In this document: positions 44,801-56,800 of the stretch, one piece after another
Numbering within the stretch: the stretch's first letter is position 1
Layout: each line of letters opens with the position of its first letter
NCBI GenBank assembly: GCA_002633005.1
Contig: NMRA01000419.1
Span: 335,455-399,454 of the forward strand
Length of the DNA: 64,000 bases
Direction of reading: 5' to 3'
Source: Phoronis australis
Taxonomy: Eukaryota; Animalia; Phoronida
Program-made: the position numbers and the translations under genes
The notes under the pieces: generated by a model
What the model saw: the letters and a program-made list of their open reading frames with translations, nothing else
Databases searched by the model: none
Told to the model about the DNA's origin: nothing

Positions 44801-47800
44801 TGTTTGAACAAGTTTAACAAAATTCAATAATATTATCTCGCAATGCATTCGGTTTTGATGTTCAAAAACACCCTTCTCCACACAAAAAATCATCTGGATA
44901 AATCCAGTTGTGAATTCATTGATATCTCAATAAAACAGCCTAACTGCTGTTTGACATCTAAAACACTAATCCACGAAGGCTGCCAGCAGTCTCTGGGTTG
45001 TTTTGTCGGATTGACGACGAACTGTAGATTTTGTGATTAGGTGCTTCCGACGGTCGTCAGAGACCCAACAAAACAGCCTAACTGCTGACATATAAAACAT
45101 TTTACACTAACTCCCAAAGGCTGCCTGCAGTCTCACCCAACAATAAACCTTCAGTTTTGCCAGGCCATATATCATATCTAATCCACGTAATGAACACGAT
45201 ACCAACAAATTGCAACATTAAGAACCAAAAAGTTTTAGATATAAAAAATCCACAAGATGGCACTGGGGCATCAATAATACCAAAAACATTTTAAACAAGT
45301 CTACATAATACGTACGCTGTAGAGGAGAAGGTTTGCGATAATCCTGGGTTCTTGGAAGGACTGTGAGGTCTTTGTGCCACTGCAGGTGTTCCAGCTACTC
45401 GTGCACTTGTGGCAGGGGTAGCTGAGTATGAGGCTTTGGGGGTGTCCCAAGACGGAGTGGCACTACTCTTGGGTGTATGCTGAGACGGGGTGAGCTTAGA
45501 GGCAGGTGTCGTCCTAGGCGGGCTCTGGGTGCGTGGCAGGACTGAGGGTGCAGCTGATCGTCCTCCTACACCTTAGATAATGCAAACATGCTGGTTAGAC
45601 ACACAAGAGATGTACAGCATGAAAAAGACAGGTTGTTAGGCATCAAAATGTTGGTAATAACAAATCAAACAGTAAAGATTGCAATACGGCAGCATAACTT
45701 GGCCATTTTCAGTACAGATCAATTAAGAAAAGTTGACGGAGAGGAACTACACGTACATGTGTTGCACAGAAATAGAAAGAGAACATTAGACGCCTTCCCG
45801 TTATTATCCTGTTTGAAATTAATGCAACTGTAACACCTCATTAATCATCTGGTTTGCAACAAAACGGAATTCATGAATATTTTAAGTTAAATAAATGCAA
45901 ATATAATGCAATTTTGCTTCAATTCTTTATTTATTACCAACAAAAATATTGAAGTTGCAGCATAACATTACATCCCTATTTAAAAACTTGTCACACTTTA
46001 TGTCAGCAGTAAATACCTGGATTCTTACCACCTCTCAGTCGTTCCCGAGCCATTTCATCCACTTGGTTTATGTACAGCTGTCTCATGTCATAGAAGTCAG
46101 TGTGTTTCTAAAAGACATAATGTTAATCACATGAAAACAAATGAAATAGCACTGTTTCTAAAATTTCCAACTTGTTTTTTAATGTTCATTACAAAAAGTA
46201 CGTACAATAATTGGAGTTGAACCAAGAAAGCACTGTAAAGGATTATATTACATAGTATACTTGCCATGATAACATACAGAAAGCAACAAATCTAAAACAA
46301 AATCTATCAACATTACTAAATGAAAACTGTTCATGTAACTACATGTAATGGGAAATGATTTCTACATTACTTTTATGGTATTTAAAATAAATTCTGTTTC
46401 TTGAACACCAAAATTCTTCAATAAAAGCCACTCCAGAACTTACAGACTAATTGAGTAATTGCCACAGTGCAGTTGATTGTTGAGCCTAGTACCAATACCA
46501 TGTTACACAAAATATTGGTAAAAACAACTCTGTCAGTAAATATCCATGTTTTTCTACAACCACATAACTTTGTATAAATCACAAACAAGGAGGTGAAGTC
46601 AAATTGAATTCTACAAAATGAAGCCCTTGCCAAACTTCAACACAACCAAGGAATTTTATGGCAAATTGATAGAATTAGTAGCCACAGTTGCACAGTTACT
46701 TTCCTAGCACTGGAAAGATGTTTTCAGTGCAGACAGCAACAACATTTGATGAGCTTTCACTGATCACATACTAAACATGGAGCCATACAAGGTACAAGAT
46801 AACACACATCCACCAACCTTAGCTTTCTGCTGCCTCTCCGTCTTCAACAATGACATCTTGTTCTGATACACAGGTACAGATATACCCGTTGCCGCCGGTG
46901 ATATTCCCCGTTTCTCTAGCGCCTCGTCCAGCACGGCGGACAGTTCCTCCTTCATGGCTTCCAGGAAGCGAGGATCCTTCTTCAACACCTGCATCACTCG
47001 CTCGTTCTTCGAGGTAAGACTCAGCTCCATGGTACCTGTGCCTGACCCCACCGAGGTGGTGGTACCCGTCAGCAACTCTGCAGTATTCTTAGTGTCGCGC
47101 CCTGTTGTACCCAGGCTGGATACACTGACCTCTGTAATGGTTACACAAGTGTGAGAATGATCTTAGCGCCCGTGGTATACATTTCAAACTAAGGCAGATA
47201 CCAGGTGCTTACAAGTGTTTGCTGGCTATTCCATCATTGACACCTGTGTGTATTAATATTGTAATTGTTTGCAAACAATATCTCACGTAGCAGTCAGACT
47301 AAGAGTTGATTGCTTCTCAAACTAAACCACAAAATCAGTTGTTCATAAGCACATTTCACAAAACATGCTTATTAGTATCAAGGTGAGCCTGAAGGGGGAC
47401 CAAAACACCTTTTGAAACTGACCAATCATAGTGTTGTGAACAACTTTACCCAATTTTGGATTAAAACTCCAGCTTAGCAGACAGCCTGACACAAACCATC
47501 ATAATCAACATCAGTCTGTTGACCAATATAATTACATGAATTTTTTGACACATCCATCTATTAAAACAAAACTGCTATTGTTCAATCTTTGGACATGTTT
47601 GTAAAAGTATCTAAGAGAAAACAAGAGCAACACAGAGTGATGAAATGCGCCCCCAATTGCACCATATACGGTATCCTTCTAGGGTTGTTTATTGGTACCA
47701 GAAAGTGTCCAGTAGAGGGCATATATGTAGTATGCTGTACTTTGCAAAATGGAAATGCATGGTCATCGTCTCCTCAATAGGCTAGGGGCAAAATGTGAGT

Positions 47801-50800
47801 GATCTTCATAATACAAGCACATCCTATAGATCAGTTGCTTAAAGCACCACAGAAACATAGAATTAAAAACAAATTTACCAACATACGAGATTAGCACAGC
47901 ATTAGAATGCCAGAAACAAATTTCTACTTGGAACTTTTCCTTCATAGTCACGAAGTAACACAAAGTATACACCTGAAGACCTAAGAAAATACAGAGGTCA
48001 ATGTAAAATACTAAAATTGCCACTAGAGGCATACCGGTAGTCAGAATCATCCCAAAGTCGTCATCATCCGTTGTCAACATCACATAAATACACTTCCTAA
48101 ATTTAGTAAAGATCCTGCAAACGGTTTGGGAGATACAGCCATGGGNNNNNNNNNNNNNNNNNNNNNNNNNNNNNNNNNNNNNNNNNNNNNNNNNNNNNNN
48201 NNNNNNNNNNNNNNNNNNNNNNNNNNNNNNNNNNNNNNNNNNNNNNNNNNNNNNNNNNNNNNNNNNNNNNNNNNNNNNNNNNNNNNNNNNNATACACCTG
48301 AAGACCTATGAAAATACAGAGGTCAATGTAAAATACTAAAATTGCCACTAGAGGCATACCGGTAGTCAGCATCATCCTAAAGTCGTCATCGTCCGTTGTC
48401 AACATCACATAAATACACTTGCTAAATTTAGTAAAGATCCTGCAAACGGTTTGGGAGATACAGCCATGGGCGCAAAAAAAAACTGCCACTAGGAGGCGCC
48501 ACAGTAATCAAAGTCATAGGAAATTCAGCATCAACCGTCCTCTTCATAGTAAGAACATACATGCCAATTTTCTCAATCACCTTTTGAGCGGTTTGGTTGA
48601 TAGAGGGGTGGACGCAAAAATACAGACTCGAAAACAGTAAAAATGGCCACTAGGTGGTGCAAACTATGTCGAATCCATCTGAAAACGAGAGGATAGCGTC
48701 ATCTCACTAATAGGTGCCTACATACCAAACTTCATGAAAATCCGTTCAGGACTTTTGAAAATACAAAGGTAAGCGTAAAAAACTAAAATTGCCACTAGGG
48801 GGCACACCGGTAGTCGGATCCGTCCAAAAGTCGTCATCTTCCGTTGTTAACATCATATAAATATAATTACACAATTTCGTAAAGATCCTGCGAACGGTTT
48901 TAGGAGATACAGCCATAGGCACAAAAAAAACAAAACTGCCACTAGGAGGCGCCACAGTAGTGGAAATCGTCGGAAAATCATCGTCAACCGTCCTCTACAT
49001 AGTAAGCATATACATGCCAATTTTCACAATCATCCTTTGAGTGGTTTGGTTGACAGAGGGTTGGACGCACAAAAACAGACTCGAAAACACTAAAAATGGC
49101 CACTAGGTGGCAAACTATGTCGAATCCATCTGAAAACGGGAGGATAGCGTCATCTCACTAATAGTTGCCTACATACCAAATTTCATGAAAATCCGTTCAG
49201 GACTTTTGAAGATACAAAGGTAAGTGTAAAAAACTAAAATTGCCCCTAGGGGGCACACCGGTAGTCGGATCTGTCCGAACGTTCGCACATGTCGTCCCAT
49301 TCATGAATGGAACATATGTGCCAAGGGTTTTGGAGATAAAGCAGCGGACGCCGGATGGATGCCGCCCGGACGATGACGGCATAATGCGTCCACATATTAA
49401 TATGTGGGCGCATAAAAAAATGCAAGGCAAATGAAATATGAACTCCAAGTAAAACTTCCAAGCACATGACGTCTTCCACTTCTCTCACCAGACGACACTT
49501 CATCATCTTCCTCCTCCTCCTCGTCATCTTTGCCACCACCACCAGATGGAGCTTTCATGTCCTTGGGTGTCTCAACAGGGCTTGAATTCTTCACAGCAGT
49601 CACCTCTTCCCTGGGCACAACAGGTGGTGGTCGATCACTCGTCACTTTCTTCATGGGTGATGGAGACCTCTCCCTCTGGTCAGGTGTAGGGGAGGCAGGA
49701 GGCTTACGTGGAACAACTGCAGGCTAACAGATTAGAGATTAAAATGAAAACATAGTCCACAGTTCGAAACCCAATCAGGGCAGAGATATTTTTAGATTTA
49801 ATTATAGGTCACATGATATGACCAACATATGGTGGGTATGAAGACTAAGAGTTCTTAGTTGCATCGTATCTGCGAGCTGAATTGTAGGAACACAATTACA
49901 ACAAATAATTATTCATCTATTGTTTGCTGTTTATTTTGAATTTCACTGTCTTCACACAAACTTATTAACAGTTTACAAGTGAAAACTTGGCTCTTGCTAC
50001 AATTATCTACGTTTTATGCCTAAGACGGAAGAATGCTTATTTTTCAGTTACTTCCATTCCCACATACCGTATTGAGATCTTCTCTTTTGTGGAAGTAGAT
50101 TATTGACCTAGTTTGGACTGAATTGGACAAGTGAAGAAAAATTTGCCACACCCAGCTCAGCTTTTTATTCTTTTTTCTGTTAACAACATCACTATGCAAC
50201 AGAACAACTATTGCCTTATAACAAGAAAACTCAAATAAATAAGCATCCATTTTGAAGCCATCACCTTAGTACACACAGACTATAAACAAAGACCAGAAAA
50301 AATTCAAAAAGCATTGTTGTCGAGAGAGTGTGCTCCATTAGAAGCGACTATTCATTGAGGCTAATAATAATAATAATAAACAATCACTCTTAGTCTAGCA
50401 TGGATCCCACTAAAATTGTGTTTTCATTTTTCTCACGTTTTCCAAAAGCTCTCCAGAATATAATCTTTGTTTTCCATGAGTCACATTTCATACCCACAAA
50501 AAACAAAAGCTTGAGCTACTGCTTGCTGCCAAATAAAGGTGAACCATGAACTCACAAAAAAAATATTACTTAGCTTAGGGCTGTTCCAGCAAAATCTGTA
50601 TGGGAGGGGGGGAAGGCACTTTTATTTCGTACCCACTCCCCATATTTTTCATTNTGTCGAGAGAGTGTGCTCCATTAGAAGCGACTATTCATTGAGGCTA
50701 ATAATAATAATAATAAACAATCACTCTTAGCCTAGCATGGATACCACTAAAATTGTGTTTTCATTTTTCTCACGTTTTCCAAAAGCTCTCCAGAATATAA

Positions 50801-53800
50801 TCTTTGTTTTCCATGAGTCACATTTCATACCCACAAAAAATAAAAGCTTGAGCTACTGCTTGCTGCCAAATAAAGGTGAACCATGAACTCACAAAAAAAA
50901 TATTACTTAGCTTACAAAATTTCATGTCTTCGTTTTTAATTTTCATTAAATATATTCAGGAAACATTATCATTTCTCAGATTTTCTCTATGAGAGGAACC
51001 ATGATCATGTTAGCACTGCTCCCAACACACGCCTTGCCAATCTGCACAAAGTCTGACACGCACAAGCCCTGTCCCCCACACAAGTCTCACCCTTCTACAC
51101 AACCCCACCCCACAAGCCTTGCCTACTTACAGGTCTAGTGGCCATCTCCTTCATTAACTGCTCCTTCTCCTGCAAGTTTTTCTCCAGCTGTTCCCGTTTC
51201 TGCCTCTCTCTCGTTGCCTGCCGCTGGATGTCATCCAACTGTCTACGGATTTCCTCCGACTCGGTCTTTCCCAGGACGCGACCGCTGTCTCCTTGACTGG
51301 AAACGCCCGACTGCAGCGCCTCTGTGAGCTAGACAGAAGACAGTTGGATTAGCACATGATCTCGTAGGTGTGTAAGAAATATTTGTGAAACCATAAACAA
51401 CATGGTATTTTTGAAGTGGGATTATATGAAGTACAACAAGAATGTTACTTTGTGGGCAGGAAAAGGCAGATGAACACTGAATTACATCTATTTACTGAAG
51501 ATATAAATTACTGTGTTTTACTGAAAATACCAAAAAGCTTAGAATTGTTTCATGACAAGTCCATAACACAAACTTTAAATATGTCCAGTATTGCCACCAT
51601 AGACATCACATAAATATGTCCAGTATTGCCACCATGGACATCACATAAATATGTCCAGTATTGCCACCATAAACATTACATAAATATGTTCAGTATTGCT
51701 GCTCAAAATGTTACATCACGAGTGTGCATGTACATCACGAGTTCACAACTAGCACGACTATTATCCTGTGACACATATTTTTTAATGAGGAGCCTTCCTT
51801 CATTTTCACTAAACAAAAATTCAAGTCTTGAAACAGGTGAGCAAGCTTTTCTTGTCTTCCATTCTAGTGTGAGAATAGGAGGATATTACCAAGGATTGTG
51901 TTGCATCAAGATTAGAACCTTGTAAACAGGTCTGGAAATTTAGCCAAATATCTAAATGACTAAGAATTTAACTCTGGCAGTAAAAGTGTATATTTTTCTG
52001 AGAAAGGATTGAATACTAGTCAGACATTAACTGGTGCATGTGACCACGTACTTTAAAGTAAAGTTAATGAGATACCCTGTTCAGAAATTGACTTAATTTG
52101 AATGACTTGTATACGTACTCTTAAACCATTCCAAACCTTAGGGTATAGAGTAGTTACCTATCGGCAACCTGTTTGTGCTTGCAGACCTAGCTTTAGAGCC
52201 CATCCTTGGCCCTTCTTCAGAGTACTGGCGGGAATCTTCATCTCACATGGTGACTAGTGGGAGGTCTTTGGTGGTGGTCTAACCCCACCTGGTGGCTGTT
52301 ACTTGTGAGGAGACCATGGTAAATAGCTGGTAATTCAAAGCCACTGTTTCAGTTAAATTGTGGTTTATTGCTCTTGATTTCGACAGCTTCTCTTATTTTA
52401 CTACTCCACTATTTATTTTCTCTAGATAGTATTTTGACTGTAGGTTTGCAAATGTTGTGTCGTGTTCTTGTACGGCTGTAGAGTTGCCAGATGATATGTT
52501 GAAGTGTTCTTGTAGTCTGGTACCAAGATTCCTTGGCAGGACAATCGGGCGTTCACTCAAGACATGTATATCACCTTGTATTTCTTGTTGTCGTCTGACT
52601 TGTCTTTCGGTTGGACCAAGGCACTTCATAGGGTGTTGAATGGTATGTGGTAGGTACCGCTATGTAGACGATACCTCCGTCAAGATCCAGGAGTGCTACG
52701 TTAGTGAATTTCTAGATCACATAAACTCTGTGAACCCTCCCACATGCAAACATATCAAAGAAGATAGCAGTACAAAGGTTACTATCTACTGGAAACCAAC
52801 CCACATGGATCTGTACCTGAATTTCAGCTCAAACTAACATCTCCAGCATAAACGATCACTCATGCGTACACTTTTAAACAGAGCTGGACAATTGTTTAAC
52901 AGAGGAAAATGTCAAACATCTGGAACAGACTAGAATGCGTTATGTGATAATAACTACTCCAACTGGATGTTCAATCCCAGACCCAATGTGTCTAAGAAGG
53001 CTGACCCTTTTAGAGTCAACGTAGCCCTTCGATACATTCATGGTCTCTCAAGAAAACTGTCTAACATCTCGAGAGAACACCATTCAACACCCTATGAAGT
53101 GCCTAGGTCCACCCGATTGTCCTGTAAAATGTTAGTGAGACAGCTGGGAATCTGGGTACCATACTAAAAGAACACTTCATCATGTCATATGGAAACCCTA
53201 CATCCGTAGAACACCGTATGGACACATAGCACCATATTTGGAGATCTACAGTAATTTTACTATCTAGAAAATAAATATTAGAATTGTAAAATCAGAGAAG
53301 CAGTCGAAATCATGAGTAATAAATCAAAATTGAACAGGGACAGTGGATATCAATTACCAGCTATTTACCAGTGCCTACTCGAAAATTACGGCCACCAGGT
53401 GGGGTTGGACAACCACCAAGGACCACCTATAGAAGACCATGTGACACAAACATTCCCAGGAGTACCCCAACAAAGTGCCCAGGACAGGTTTGAAAGCTAG
53501 GTCTGCAAATACAAATAGCTGGCCGTTAGGTAAGTAAGATACCCCTATACTATGTAACTGCATCAGTTATGAACATTCATTCCGCCATGTCAAACCATAT
53601 TTAGCTCAGTATGAAGTTTCAAATGTTTTGGGAATCTATGCGTAACTTTATTTTTAAAAGAAAATAGCACATGGAAATGTCAACTGAAGTGACACCATAA
53701 TGCTATTCAACAAAGAACCAAATGTAAAAACCTTTTCAATTTCTTCCTTGTGTTGTTCATCTCTGGCTTTCATTTTCTGCTTCAGTTTTCTGGTCTCCTC

Positions 53801-56800
53801 AGCAAATTTAGATTCAACATCTTTCAACTGTACAATAAATATTAACAGGTAGGGTGAAAAAACAGTCACAGGACACTGGGACCAGTCAACAACAATAAAA
53901 ACGTCAACAGAAATGTCACATAGCACAATTGCGTTTGATGCATTCGAAAATCACAGGTCAACATGACATGTAGAAAACATCAGGTCAATGTGGCATGTAC
54001 AAAACACTGAACAGTGCACAATCAGTTACTTAAAGGGCTCATGCAGCAGTGCCACCTTTTGAAAACAATCGTTTTGATTGATCCGTTGGGGTGAGACAGC
54101 GTGTCTAGTGACACAAAGTAAAAGCATGAAACATCAAGTTAACCCACTACTACAACGAAGAATTTGCGATTTCAGCTTGACCTCGGTAACACTGCATGGT
54201 CAACATCTATTCTGAAACTATTCACAGGGAGAGAAAACAACTCAGTTCATGTAAGGTAAAACCACCATCTTACTTTACTAGACAACTGTTCGTTAATGAC
54301 TGACATCTCAGCTCTTTGTTTCTCCAGTTCTTCTCTATCTAGGTCAAGGTCGTCCTGGAGGTTACCCAAGTGCGATGTCTTCCCAACCCGGCGCTGCAGG
54401 TCATGTATAGTGCGGTCCGAGGCGGCCATCTTCTCGTTGAGTTCCCGTATCTCCGTCATCAGCATGTTCTCACGAGCATCACCCTCCTGTCGCTGCTGGT
54501 CTAGCTGTTCTTGCTTCCATTGCTCCAAATCAAGACGCTGCTGTTCTTGCCGCTGGAGAAACTCATCCTGCTCCTGAGAACAAAATAAAGAAACCAGCAT
54601 CAATGCGATGAGGGCATGATGGATATTGTTAGAACCTGAGACTGTGTTTGAAAGGATTCATTTAACGTAGCTCGTTTTTACTTTGGATTTCAGCCTGTTC
54701 CTCTAGCCTCTTTCTGAAGCATAACTGGGTCAAAATCAAGCACATATTCCTATATTACTAATGAATGCAATTTGGAATGAACTGATAAAATTTCAGGGAA
54801 AGTGCGACCAGTACAATGTGAATATATTTACTTAAAAAGTAATAAGAGCAACGCGGAGCAATGAAATGCGCCTACGACTGTACCGAAACGGTGTGCATCT
54901 ACTTTTGTTTATTTGTTTGACAAAAATGGCCACTAAATGGCGCAAAAACGTCCAATCCACCTGAAAACAGGAACATGCCATTGCTTTTTAATACAAAGAT
55001 AGTTACCAAATTTCATAAAACTCTATCAAGAAACTTCATAAGAACAAAGGAAAACAGAAAAATGAAATTGCCACTAAGGGCCACAGCGTTCATTAGATCC
55101 ACCTGAAATACGTCGTTGTCTGTTGTTAGCTTCATATAAATACAATCACTAAATTTCATAAATATCCTGCAGTGGGTTTAGGAGATGCAGCTATGGACAT
55201 AAAACAAAACTAACATTAGGAGGCGCCACAGTAGTCGAAGTTGTCATTGTCAACCGTCCTCTTCACACTGAGAACATATACGCCAATTTTCAAAATCATC
55301 CTTAGAATGGTTTGGTTGATAGAGGGGTAGGCGACAAAAAACAAGACTCAAAAACAGTAAATAAGGCCATTAGGTGGCGCAAATTACATCAAATCCATCC
55401 GAAAACGGGAGGATAGCATCACCTCACTAATAGATGCCTATATACCAAAATTTTATGAAAATACGTCGAGGACCTTTAAAGATACAAAAGTAAAAGTAAC
55501 AAACTAAAATTGCCAATAGGGCGCAAACCGGTGGTCGGACCCATCCAAAAGTTTGCTCGTGCCATCCCATCCATGAAAGGAACATAAGTGCAAAATTTCA
55601 TGAACATATGTCAAAGGGTTTTGGAGATAGAGCAGCAGACGCCGGACGGACGCCAAACAGAGACGACGTCATAATGCGTCCACATAAAAACATGTGGGCG
55701 CATAAAAAGGGATAAGACATCCTGGTTTATGAGCATACACAGGTACAATAATTCCTTTACCCTTAACTTTTACAAATGCATTTTACAATGCTCCCTATTT
55801 TAAACTATCATTCTTAGAAAGTCAAAGAAGCTTATAACCAGAGCAAAGCAAAATGTTGAAATGTGCCCGTGTGTTGCTTCTAGCAATGTTCATTTAGTAT
55901 CAAGTACTAGATTATAAATTGTCCACTATATCATGTGCTAGATTACAAACTGTCCACTATAATATCAAAACTGAAAATCAGTTGGTGCTAGTGCATCTCA
56001 GTCACACACCTCTTGTTCAAGCTTCACCAAAAAATAAAGCCATTTTGACAATAGTATTTGGGCAAGCAACATCCAGTCAAAAACTAAGATAGCCAGCAAA
56101 ATGTGCCACGGTAGTCCAATCTGTCCGATAATGCAGTGATGCCAGCGCATTTTAGCCATAAAACCTTGAGTGGAGATTCAACAAAATCTGGCAATCTGTT
56201 TTGACATTAAACAATAGTCAAGTAGAATCTAATCAAAAATTAAAATGACAAGCAAGGGGTTCTAATGCAATTAAATATGTGCAAAATCAATTCATTGGAA
56301 AAATTCCTCTATCAGAAGGCAAAGGCATGTTTCCCATAAAATGAACAAGGGTCCTGTTTAATTTAAATTTCTGAGAAATTTTCTATGCACAAGATGACGT
56401 TCTAACTCTCAGCACAACAAGAAAAACATACTTTAACATTCTTTTCCCTCCAAGCAGATCGCTCGGTCTCCAACTGAGACTCAGTGAAGCGTAGCCTCTC
56501 TTTGATTTCTCTCAGCTCTCTTTCCAACACAGGGCTGACTTGTGCCTCTTTATCAATATGCCTTGACTGTACAGGAGGCTGAGGGACAGACGGCTGTGGG
56601 CTGGACTGATAGAGGGCAGCATGGTCAGCATGACGTCTCACCAGGTGGCTCTGTAGGAAGCTGTGGTTGATGAAGGACTTGGGACAATAGGGGCACTGAA
56701 AGCAGAAACATGATGTATAAGCCTACTTACAGTTTACTTAGTACAATTAAAGTGGAACTTGCACTTTAATTCCTTATCTCTGTGATTGCTTGGTCAAATC

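Noticed and set aside
43477-45387. Real tandem duplication of DZIP1 exons
   Set aside because: The copies meet at a single n, contain only exon fragments and differ at allele-like levels. The same pattern recurs at 50654, 59702 and 63442, indicating uncollapsed haplotypes.
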